Source: an uncultured Candidatus Saccharibacteria bacterium
GTDB taxonomy: Bacteria > Patescibacteriota > 4484-211 > JAGQKX01
DNA length: 64,000 nucleotides
Assembly: GCA_964392315.1 (NCBI GenBank)
Contig: CAYMOT010000002.1
Location: 41,234 to 105,233, forward strand
Direction: 5' to 3'
The notes beneath the pieces are model-generated. The model searched no databases, was not told the origin of the DNA, and saw nothing but the letters and a program-made list of their open reading frames with translations. The position numbers and the translations under genes were made by a program. This document shows, piece by piece, positions 8,468-17,090 of the stretch. How positions within the stretch are numbered: the stretch's first letter is position 1; the number at the start of each line of letters is the position of its first letter.

Positions 8468-10795
8468 ATGAACTTTGTAACGAAGCTCGTACGCTATCCC
8501 ATTTGGTTTTATAAAGATGGGTTCCAGTTTTGGATCCGATTTTTTCCCAGGACAATAACGCTGATTGCGGACATGATGGGTATAAAACCTATTTTTAAGC
8601 ATTTTCTGTCGCCTTTCCGCAAAGATACATCACCCGTTGGGTATGGCATTGGAATTTTTATACGGCTTGTGTACGGTGGAGCGGGTATTATTGCCGTTGT
8701 TGTGGCCTTTTTTGGACTTATTGGTGCAATGTTGTTTTATTTCTCCATTCCACTCTTTGGGTTTTTGTTGATCATATCGATATCTGATTACACCTGGCCG
8801 AATATCTTAGGGGTGGTGATTTTGATAGCACCACTCGTGTTCTATATCTTTTTTGTAGCGTTAAGAAATCCCAGACTTACCAAAGACGGTTATCGAGTAG
8901 ACTGGGAGCGGGATGTGATGAAGCGGCTGCAGCTCAATCCTGAGGGTGCAATTGCCGCAAAAGAGCATGGTGATTTTGAGCAATTTTTAAAAGAGCGCGG
9001 ATTAACATTAGTTGATTATGAAATTGTTCGGCAGTGGGTTGCACATCAACGCTGGCTTCGTGAAAACTGGAAATACTGGCAGGATGGGCATTATAAGCGG
9101 TTTGTGGGTACAAACCTTGGGTGGGTTTCTGGGTTTATGCGTGAAGCGAAGTATTTTACAAAAAATTTGACGCAGGATCTTCCCCGCCGAAAAGTATACG
9201 AATGGCAAGGTTTGGATCAAATAATCGAGCGCATTTTGGCTGTTCTGGTGCGGGATACGCACAACAACGTGCTTCTGGTTGGTGATTCTGGGGTAGGGAA
9301 GACCTCGGTGGTATACCAAATCGCAAAAGTCATGAATGAGCGTGGTGGTTATCAAGTGATTGACCTAAATATCGCAGGTATGCTTGCGGGCAGTGGGCAT
9401 GAGGGTGAGTTTGAACGACGATTTATAAAAGCGATGCAGGAATTTCGCAATGCCGAGATTATTTTAGTAATTGAAGACATAGAAAGGCTGGTTTCTGGTG
9501 GAGTTGCACAATATTTTTACCCAGTTTTGGACGAGGCGGACTTCCCTATTATTGCTACAACAACTCCTAAAAGTTTGCGGGACGTGCTTGACCGTGAAAC
9601 GAAATTTTTAAATGCGTTTGAGAAAATTCCTGTAGAGGAACCAGATATTCCTGATGTCCTTTTTATATTGCAGGAGAAAGTCAAGGAATTTGAACGACGG
9701 TACGGTGTCTTTATCACGCATCAAGCACTCAAAGCGACCGTAGAAATCGCGGACAGATATATTGTTGATAAAGCATTCCCTTCTAAAGCCATTGATTTGC
9801 TCGATGAGGCGTGTGCATCAGTGGCAAACGGCAGATTTGAATCAGATAAGCAAAAAACAATTCAGGCAACACACATTGAACAAATGGTGAGCGAGATGAC
9901 CGGTGTCTCATTGGGTGAGGTGACCGAAAATGAGCAAGATAAGCTATTACAACTTGAGCAACTGTTGCATGGATTTATTATTGGCCAGGATGATGCAGTA
10001 CAGGAAATTGCTGCCGCGATGCGGCGTGCGCGTTCTGGACTCAAGTCCGACGAGCGCCCGATCGGGTCTTTCTTGTTTGTCGGTCCGACTGGTGTAGGTA
10101 AGACGCTTACTGCAAAGGTATTTGCTCAGGTATATTTTGGAGATCGCGAGAAAATGGTGCGGTTTGATATGAGTGAGTACTCAGAATTTGGGATGACGGA
10201 ACGATTTTTAGATCGAATTAGCGATCAAGTGCGTTCTACTCCTTTTACGGTACTACTTCTTGATGAGTTTGAAAAAGCGGACCAAAAGATTCATAACCTC
10301 TTTTTGCAGATATTGGAAGATGGCCGTGCTACTGACACACAAGGCAATGTCGTTGATTTCAAAAACACCGTTATTATCGCAACAAGCAATGCTCAAAATG
10401 TTGAGCAAGCTTTTAGTCCAGAATTGCGCAATCGCTTCGATGGGATCGTGACATATAAGCCGCTTAATCCCGATCAGATACTTGAGGTTGTCCGGCTTGA
10501 ATTAGGAGAATTGGGTAATAAGCTGTACGAGAAGGAAATTTCGGTTACCTTCTCCCCTACCCTCATTCAGGCGGTAGCGCAACTTGGATACGACCCCAAA
10601 ATGGGCGGACGACCTATACGCAGAGCTATTCAAGATAATATAGAGAATCCTCTTGCAGATGCACTGATCAAAGAAGACATTCACGCAGGTGATTCAATTT
10701 ATCTGGATTGGGAAAATGACCACCTGGTGATAAAAAATGAGGTTCCCGTCTCCCCTGCCCCTGACCAGCCAGCGGAGGGTGAGGTGCAGGTATAA
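8468..10795 (+). CDS. Clp/Hsp100-family double AAA+ ATPase (ClpB/ClpC-like) with an N-terminal multi-TM domain in place of the Clp N domain
   Basis: D1 Walker A LLVGDSGVGKTS. The D2 signature GQDDAVQEIAAAMRRARSGLKSDERPIGSFLFVGPTGVGKT...LLLDEFEKA...VIIATSN matches ClpB/ClpC D2. The first ~130 aa form 3-4 hydrophobic helices. Confidence 0.75.
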   Translation: MNFVTKLVRYPIWFYKDGFQFWIRFFPRTITLIADMMGIKPIFKHFLSPFRKDTSPVGYGIGIFIRLVYGGAGIIAVVVAFFGLIGAMLFYFSIPLFGFLLIISISDYTWPNILGVVILIAPLVFYIFFVALRNPRLTKDGYRVDWERDVMKRLQLNPEGAIAAKEHGDFEQFLKERGLTLVDYEIVRQWVAHQRWLRENWKYWQDGHYKRFVGTNLGWVSGFMREAKYFTKNLTQDLPRRKVYEWQGLDQIIERILAVLVRDTHNNVLLVGDSGVGKTSVVYQIAKVMNERGGYQVIDLNIAGMLAGSGHEGEFERRFIKAMQEFRNAEIILVIEDIERLVSGGVAQYFYPVLDEADFPIIATTTPKSLRDVLDRETKFLNAFEKIPVEEPDIPDVLFILQEKVKEFERRYGVFITHQALKATVEIADRYIVDKAFPSKAIDLLDEACASVANGRFESDKQKTIQATHIEQMVSEMTGVSLGEVTENEQDKLLQLEQLLHGFIIGQDDAVQEIAAAMRRARSGLKSDERPIGSFLFVGPTGVGKTLTAKVFAQVYFGDREKMVRFDMSEYSEFGMTERFLDRISDQVRSTPFTVLLLDEFEKADQKIHNLFLQILEDGRATDTQGNVVDFKNTVIIATSNAQNVEQAFSPELRNRFDGIVTYKPLNPDQILEVVRLELGELGNKLYEKEISVTFSPTLIQAVAQLGYDPKMGGRPIRRAIQDNIENPLADALIKEDIHAGDSIYLDWENDHLVIKNEVPVSPAPDQPAEGEVQV

Positions 10796-11027
10796 ACATA
10801 TGAATGAAAAAGGAGGGTATCCATTTCCAACAGACATTAAGGATAAGCAAGATGTAACTGAAGGAGCTTTTGCAATTGTTAAAGAGTTTTCTCATCATCC
10901 TGAATGGATTGTTGGTGGAGAAATGGCAAGTTTGAAGAAATGCCGCAGCTGTAGAGTATTATCTCGATGGGAGACTGAATCTTATTTTTGATAGTAGTTG
11001 AGATAAGAGTGAAAAATGGAAGTGAAA

Positions 11028-11190
11028 AGAAAAAGGCCGAAGGGTTCGACCTTCCGGCCTTGCGCGCGTATAGAAGTGGCAGCCAAATGGTGCGCCTGGG
11101 GCGAATGGGCTGGTCTCGCTGACCGCCTTGCGTCTGGCCCCGGCAGCTGTTGCCGCCACTCCTGGGGGTGTGAATCCCCCGTTACAGTTT
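11028..11190. ncRNA. candidate structured RNA (unclassified; SRP RNA, tmRNA fragment or other)
   Basis: A ~160-nt island of ~60% GC in an AT-rich genome. It has several hairpins (GGCCGAAGGGTTCGACCTTCCGGCC; GGGGGTGTGAATCCCCC, which looks like a T-arm). The six-frame ORFs across it are low-complexity Ala/Arg artefacts. Confidence 0.3.
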
Positions 11191-11402
11191 GTCAAATTTT
11201 TTCTTCACAGTCCTCCATGAAGAGGGTAAACATACTAGGTTTGAAATTTGATCTCCACTTGTGGCCAGCAAGTTTCAATTGATCTAGTACCCCTAATAAA
11301 CAACTGCACATACTATAAGACATTAGGTGTCAATGGTAATTTTCTGGAGTGTTTTTGTATGTTGACTAAACAGCTAACGGTGGTTTGTGTCAGTAAATTG
11401 TG

Positions 11403-14018
11403 TTATTCAGAGGTCTCTTCCTTCTCAATCGCAGCGGCTGAGGCGACGGTGTCATCTTTATCAAGCTTAATGATATGCACGCCCTGTGTATGGCGCCCAA
11501 GTACTGGTACCGTATTAAACGGCAAGCGGATAATTTGGCCTTGTGAAGAGACAATGAGAACGTCCTCTACACGCTCGGGGTGCAGTACGGAGGCAATTTG
11601 GAGCTTGCCTGTCTTTTCGGTAACCTTTGCGGTGAAAACTCCCTGGCCTCCCCTACCCTGTTGTTGGTATTCTGTCAGTGGTGTCGTCTTGCCATACCCT
11701 TTTTCACTTAATGTGAAGAGTACGTGTGTATGTGTGGGATGATTTCTTAGAACAGACATCTGGATAGTTTCATCACCTGCTTTTGTTCTAATTCCGATAA
11801 CACCTCGGGTAGCGCGGCCTGTTTCGCGGACATCCTCCTCTGAGAACCTAATGCATTTACCGTTTTGAGTTATGATGATGAGATCATCATTGCCTGTTGT
11901 GGGTTGTACTGAGAGGAGTTCGTCATCATCTGATAGAACAATTGCGATGAGCCCTGATTTTCTAATATTTTGATACTCTGGCAGTGCGGTGCGTTTAATA
12001 AACCCGTGTTTAGTGCCAAAGGCCAAATACTTATACTCATCCTTCGTATGATCGAGTCGTACAATACTGGTGACTTTTTCATTGCTCTCAAGTTGCAGAA
12101 GGTTAACTATTGCAGTTCCCCGTGCGGTGCGACTAGCCTCCGGGATTTCATACACTCGCGTCGTAAACACCCTACCCGTATTTGTAAAATACATCATAGT
12201 ATCAAGCGTTGAGGCAGTGATCATTTCTTGAACTACGTCCTCTTCCTTGAGATTTGACATTTTTACGCCTTTCCCTCCCCTACCCTGTGTTCTAAAACTC
12301 AATGGACTGACGCGCTTGATATAGCCGCTCTTCGAAAGCATCACGATGGTATCTTCGTTTTTGACTAGGTCATCATCGGTGAGTTCGCCAGGTGCGCGTT
12401 TAAAAATTTTGGTACGGCGCTCGTCCGCGTAGTTGTCACGCAATGCTATAAGCTCATCCTTGACAGTATTTAATATGTTCTGAGGAGAGGTAAGAGTTTG
12501 TTCAATTTTGCTGATAATGGCCATTATTTCAGCGAGTTCGTCAAGTATTTTTTGCCGTTCAAGGGCAGAGAGCTTTTTAAGTTGCATGTCCAAAATTGCG
12601 TTCGCCTGGATCTCACTAAGTCCAAATCGTTCCATCAACTGCGTGCGTGCCTCAGCGGTATCTTTACTTTTCCGGATTAACTCAATTATCTCGTCGAGAT
12701 TATCCAATGCGATCTTTAAGCCCTCTAAGATGTGTCCGCGATATTTGGCCTCGAGTAATTCGTTGGTTAGACGCCGTATCGTTACTATTTGACGGTGCTT
12801 GAGATATTCTATGAGCAGTGATTTCAATGGTAATGTTTTTGGTTCATCGTCTACGAGCGCGACCATGTTTGCATTAAATGCTCGTTGCATGCCTGAGTAT
12901 TTATACAGTTGATTGAGGGTTTTTTGAGGATTTGCTGATGATTTCAGATCTATCACAATCCGCATACCATCGCGGTCAGATTCATCACGTAAGTCAGAAA
13001 CATCGTCGATTTTGCCGTCTTTGTGAAGTTGTGCAATCTGCGCAACAAGCAATGCCTTGTTTTGCTGGAATGGGATTTCCGTAATGATAATGTGAAACTT
13101 ACCGTTTTTACCTTCTTCAATTTCTGCCTTCGCGCGCATCAGGATGCGACCGCGGCCTGTCGCATATGCCTGGATAATATCTTTTTGGTTATAAATGCTT
13201 CCACCGGTAGGAAAGTCTGGGCCAGGAATATGAGTTATAAGATCTTCAACGGTGAGTGGTGAGGAAATATCAAATTCATGAATCAATACCTTCGCCTGTT
13301 CCAGATTGAAGACGGGGTTATCTTGCAATAGAGCGGCAAATGCCGGAGTGAGGTATGGGACGTGGGTTGCTTCATCAGCATCTTTCGGCAAGATTTCCAT
13401 ACTATCTATCATCGCGACGAGTGCATTAACCGTTTCACCAAGGTTGTGTGGAGGAATTTTTGTGGCCATTCCAACCGCGATACCGTCCGTTCCGTTTACC
13501 ACAAGATTTGGTAGCGCAGCAGGTAAATACGTTGGTTCTTGTCGCGTTGCATCGAAGTTGTCGATGTAGTGGACGGTTGCTTTGTTTAGGTCTCGAAGCA
13601 TCTCCTCTGCAAACTTAGTAAGCCGCGCTTCGGTATATCGCATCGCTGCAGGTGGGTCTCCGTCAATGCTTCCAAAATTCCCTTGCCCGTCTACCAGCGT
13701 GTATCGCATGCCCCAGTCTTGCGCCATATTGACCAGTGTTGGGTAGACGATACTTTCTCCGTGTGGGTGATAATTGCCTGAGGTATCACCGGCGATTTTT
13801 GCACATTTTCTATATCCGCCGGTCGATGACAGGTTGAGGTCGTTCATTGCAACGAGTATGCGTCTTTGTGATGGTTTGAGCCCATCGCGCACGTCAGGTA
13901 ATGCACGGCCGACAATAACGCTCATCGCGTAGTCTTGGTAGTTGTCTTTCATTTCGGCGGTGATGGGTCGGTTCATCACCATTCCGTAGTCAGTTTTTAG
14001 AATTGTTTCATCGTTCAT
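11403..14018 (-). CDS. gyrA: DNA gyrase subunit A
   Basis: AMSVIVGRALPDVRDGLKPSQRRIL and YHPHGESIVY motifs. 871 aa with C-terminal beta-pinwheel repeats. Lies directly downstream of gyrB. Confidence 0.95.
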   Translation of the reverse strand: MNDETILKTDYGMVMNRPITAEMKDNYQDYAMSVIVGRALPDVRDGLKPSQRRILVAMNDLNLSSTGGYRKCAKIAGDTSGNYHPHGESIVYPTLVNMAQDWGMRYTLVDGQGNFGSIDGDPPAAMRYTEARLTKFAEEMLRDLNKATVHYIDNFDATRQEPTYLPAALPNLVVNGTDGIAVGMATKIPPHNLGETVNALVAMIDSMEILPKDADEATHVPYLTPAFAALLQDNPVFNLEQAKVLIHEFDISSPLTVEDLITHIPGPDFPTGGSIYNQKDIIQAYATGRGRILMRAKAEIEEGKNGKFHIIITEIPFQQNKALLVAQIAQLHKDGKIDDVSDLRDESDRDGMRIVIDLKSSANPQKTLNQLYKYSGMQRAFNANMVALVDDEPKTLPLKSLLIEYLKHRQIVTIRRLTNELLEAKYRGHILEGLKIALDNLDEIIELIRKSKDTAEARTQLMERFGLSEIQANAILDMQLKKLSALERQKILDELAEIMAIISKIEQTLTSPQNILNTVKDELIALRDNYADERRTKIFKRAPGELTDDDLVKNEDTIVMLSKSGYIKRVSPLSFRTQGRGGKGVKMSNLKEEDVVQEMITASTLDTMMYFTNTGRVFTTRVYEIPEASRTARGTAIVNLLQLESNEKVTSIVRLDHTKDEYKYLAFGTKHGFIKRTALPEYQNIRKSGLIAIVLSDDDELLSVQPTTGNDDLIIITQNGKCIRFSEEDVRETGRATRGVIGIRTKAGDETIQMSVLRNHPTHTHVLFTLSEKGYGKTTPLTEYQQQGRGGQGVFTAKVTEKTGKLQIASVLHPERVEDVLIVSSQGQIIRLPFNTVPVLGRHTQGVHIIKLDKDDTVASAAAIEKEETSE

Positions 14019-14120
14019 AAATGTGTCATGTCGCGCTTTTCCCCTCCGCGCGTCACCTATTCATCCACTCTAGGTATCCTTCAACATTTTTGCATAATAT
14101 TCACCTAAACTTTTAATCCT

Positions 14121-16070
14121 TTACACATCTAAATCTGCCTTTTTGGCATTTGCTTGAATAAAACGTTTCCTTGGTGCAACTTCTTCACCCATAAGCATAC
14201 TAAATATTTGGTCGGCCTCGCTTGCGTCATCAACGGTGATTTTTTTCAGGATACGGCGCTCAGGGTCCATAGTGGTCTCCCATAGTTGGTCTGCATTCAT
14301 TTCTCCAAGTCCTTTGAAACGGGTAATAATGAAATTCCGTCCTTGACCAGTAAGTTCTGCAATTTTTTCATCACGTTCTTCAATGGAATACACATAGGTA
14401 ATATCTTTACCCGATTTTATCTTAAATAGTGGTGGTTGAGCCACATACACATATCCGTTCTCAAGCAATGGGCGCATAAAACGAAACAAAAAAGTTAAGA
14501 CCAAAGCAGTGATGTGCTTGCCATCTACATCAGCATCATTCATGAGAATGAGGCGATGATAGCGAAGTTTATCCAAATTAAGATCCTCCCCTACCCCTGC
14601 CCCAAGGGCTATCAAGAGGTTTCGGAAGTTTTCATGATCAAGGATTTTCTCGAGACGCGACTTCTCTGCATTTAATGACTTTCCACGAAGCGGAAGTATG
14701 GCTTGGAATTTGCGGTCCCTCCCCTGTTTTGCTGGTCCGCCTGCAGAGTCTCCCTCAACAACAAATATTTCAGCTTGTGCAGGGTCCCTGCTTTGACAAT
14801 CAGCTAGTTTACCGGGCAAGGACGAGCTTTCTAGGGCGCTTTTACGTTGTACGGTTTCTTTTGCTTTCTGTGCAGCAAGGCGTGCCTCTTGCGCTATAAG
14901 GTTTTTTTGGATTATCGCGCTTGCTTCTGCTGGGTGTTCTTCAAGGTAGGTAGCAAGTGCATTACCGACAACGGTTTCGACTATCGGTCGAACCTCTTGA
15001 TTTCCTAGTTTTGTTTTTGTTTGTCCTTCGAATTGTAACCGTTCAGAGGACATCTTGATTGATACGATCGCTGTAAGTCCTTCCCGAATATCTTCACCGG
15101 ACAGCGTCGCGTCACCTTTGAGTAGTTCGTTCTTCTTGGCGTAATCATTGAGCACGCGTGTCAGGGCCGCCTTGAAGCCTGTCTCGTGAAACCCACCTTC
15201 TTTGGTCTCAATGTTATTGGTGAAAGAGAGGATATCGGTGTGATAGTCGTTGTGATATTGTAAGGCAACCTCAACAAAAACATCGTCTTTTTCCCCTTCC
15301 ACGCTAAATGGTGGTTGATGGAGAGGTGCGTGTGACTTGTTTAGGTACGTGACAAAAGATCGTATTCCTCCTTCAAAGTGAAATCCATATTTTTCAGGAA
15401 GTGGTTGAGTTCGATCGTCGGTAATAAGAAAGGTTAGACCTGGTGTGAGAAAAGCATAATTTCTGAGTAACTTCTTTATCCGGTCACTATCAAAAGTCAT
15501 ATCTTTGAAAATTTCGGTATCAGGCTTAAAAGTGAACGCAGTCCCACTATTGAACTCGGATAGTATCGCGGCAACCCCGTCTTTTGTCAGGTCTGTTTTA
15601 GAGAGTTCTTGTAAAGAAGTTGTTACTGTACCGCGTGAATATGATTGGCGATAGAATTTGCCTTCTTTTTTAACGGTCACCGTTGTGTCTTCAGAAAGTG
15701 CGTTAACAATGGATATACCGACTCCATGCAACCCTCCGGACACTTTGTAAGCCTTACCTTCAAACTTTCCTCCCGAATGAAGGGTAGTCATCATCACTTC
15801 AAGTGCGCTTTTTTTGTATTTCGGCATCTCGTCAACCGGAATGCCACGTCCATTGTCTATGACAGTCACAGCGCCATTGGGGTGAAATGTAACGAGTGTA
15901 GTGTTCGCATACCCAGCAAGTGCCTCATCAACGGCATTATTGATAATTTCTCTGAGCAAGTGGTGAAACCCATACTCCCCGGTATCGCCAATGTACATCC
16001 CCGGGCGCTTTCTGACGGGGTCCAAACCTTCTAAAACTTGTATTGAGCTTGCATCGTATCGATCAGGCAT
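14121..16070 (-). CDS. gyrB: DNA gyrase subunit B
   Basis: GHKL ATPase motifs (LHHLLREIINNAVDEALAGY; GLHGVGISIVNALS), TOPRIM EGDSAGG, 649 aa. Confidence 0.95.
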   Translation of the reverse strand: MPDRYDASSIQVLEGLDPVRKRPGMYIGDTGEYGFHHLLREIINNAVDEALAGYANTTLVTFHPNGAVTVIDNGRGIPVDEMPKYKKSALEVMMTTLHSGGKFEGKAYKVSGGLHGVGISIVNALSEDTTVTVKKEGKFYRQSYSRGTVTTSLQELSKTDLTKDGVAAILSEFNSGTAFTFKPDTEIFKDMTFDSDRIKKLLRNYAFLTPGLTFLITDDRTQPLPEKYGFHFEGGIRSFVTYLNKSHAPLHQPPFSVEGEKDDVFVEVALQYHNDYHTDILSFTNNIETKEGGFHETGFKAALTRVLNDYAKKNELLKGDATLSGEDIREGLTAIVSIKMSSERLQFEGQTKTKLGNQEVRPIVETVVGNALATYLEEHPAEASAIIQKNLIAQEARLAAQKAKETVQRKSALESSSLPGKLADCQSRDPAQAEIFVVEGDSAGGPAKQGRDRKFQAILPLRGKSLNAEKSRLEKILDHENFRNLLIALGAGVGEDLNLDKLRYHRLILMNDADVDGKHITALVLTFLFRFMRPLLENGYVYVAQPPLFKIKSGKDITYVYSIEERDEKIAELTGQGRNFIITRFKGLGEMNADQLWETTMDPERRILKKITVDDASEADQIFSMLMGEEVAPRKRFIQANAKKADLDV

Positions 16071-16232
16071 ACAGAAAAAATAAGCAAATAACCAAATAAA
16101 ACAGAAGTCATTTGCATATCTGCATATTGGATTATTTGCTTATTTTACAAACAAAATGACAACATTGCCATTGTACATTCGAAGACCATTGTAACACTTG
16201 GGTATGATCCGGGCAAAGAGAGCAGTGTTCCG

Positions 16233-16886
16233 CTAGGTAACGGTCAGTAATGCATTATCTAGTGCCATTCGTATATTTACATTTTGCATAAGAAGCTCCT
16301 TTGTCGAAAGGAGTAGTGAAAGGATTTGCGCTTTGCGTTTTGACTTAAGGCTTGAATCCTCATGAATCCGCACTATAAGTGCGTCTATTCGGTTAAGTAC
16401 CTCTGTGCGTTCGAGTTTTGATATGCGTTCTGTACCTGTAAACAGCTCTTTAAAGCTTGGGTTACTCGTAAAAAGGGTATATAGATCATCATCTTGGTGG
16501 GAGGATTCCGAGGAAGAATCGGACCACTGTATGAAGGGTTCGTTTCCCTGAATTTCGTCAATATGATGAATGATTTCGCACCTACTGACAATGGTTTGCA
16601 ATACATTTTGTGGATCGTTGACATGGATCAAAAAGTGCGTTGCGGTCGGTGGCTCTTCTAAGAGTTTGAGTATAGCGTTCTGTGCTTCGTGGGTAGCGGT
16701 GTGGAAATTCGCCAGGAGCGCGTATTTCGACTGCTTATTAAATGGTTTGAGGTATGCCCAATCTTTCAATTGACGGATTTCTGTAATACCGATAGATCCT
16801 TGATTGCTCGGGTTCAGTACATAGTGATCAGGGTGGCTTGGTAAGCTAGGGACTTTGTTGCGTGAAATGAGGAGCTTAGTGGACAT
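16233..16886 (-). CDS. holB: DNA polymerase III delta-prime-like clamp-loader subunit (no Walker A P-loop visible)
   Basis: Sensor motifs AQNAILKLLEEPP and TIVSRC are typical of delta-prime/tau. The ORF is only ~217 aa and lacks a GxxGxGK P-loop. Confidence 0.6.
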   Translation of the reverse strand: MSTKLLISRNKVPSLPSHPDHYVLNPSNQGSIGITEIRQLKDWAYLKPFNKQSKYALLANFHTATHEAQNAILKLLEEPPTATHFLIHVNDPQNVLQTIVSRCEIIHHIDEIQGNEPFIQWSDSSSESSHQDDDLYTLFTSNPSFKELFTGTERISKLERTEVLNRIDALIVRIHEDSSLKSKRKAQILSLLLSTKELLMQNVNIRMALDNALLTVT

Positions 16887-17090
16887 GATAGGAAATAAAC
16901 AAATACAACAGATGCACATTAGTATTATTTGCGTATTGGTTGTTTACGTTACATTGACTCTCCTACGCCGAAAGTATAGCATGATTAAATAGACGAATAT
17001 GCAAATACTACCAATAAACAAATAAGCAAAATAAGTAGTACTTTGCATATTTATCATTTGCTTATTGGCTTATTTGTATATTAATTCCCA

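Noticed and set aside
10800-10991. Possible 63-aa ORF MNEKGGYPFPTDIKDKQ... right after the clp-like gene
   Set aside because: No convincing RBS or promoter motif, and no recognisable fold. Left uncalled, though a small protein here is not excluded.
10959-11282. ORFs 10959-11195 (-) and 11016-11282 (+) across the GC-rich island
   Set aside because: Ala/Arg/Gly-rich translations typical of a GC-rich non-coding RNA-like region. They overlap mutually and have no RBS or start context.
14675-16034. Plus-strand ORFs 14675-14899 and 15645-16034 inside gyrB
   Set aside because: Antisense to a highly conserved gene, with no start context.
16920-17090. CAAATATGCAAAT-type repeats as a possible CRISPR array or tandem repeat
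   Set aside because: The units are not regularly spaced, there is no repeat-spacer periodicity, and copies occur in both orientations across many intergenic regions. Interpreted as promoter-associated motifs.
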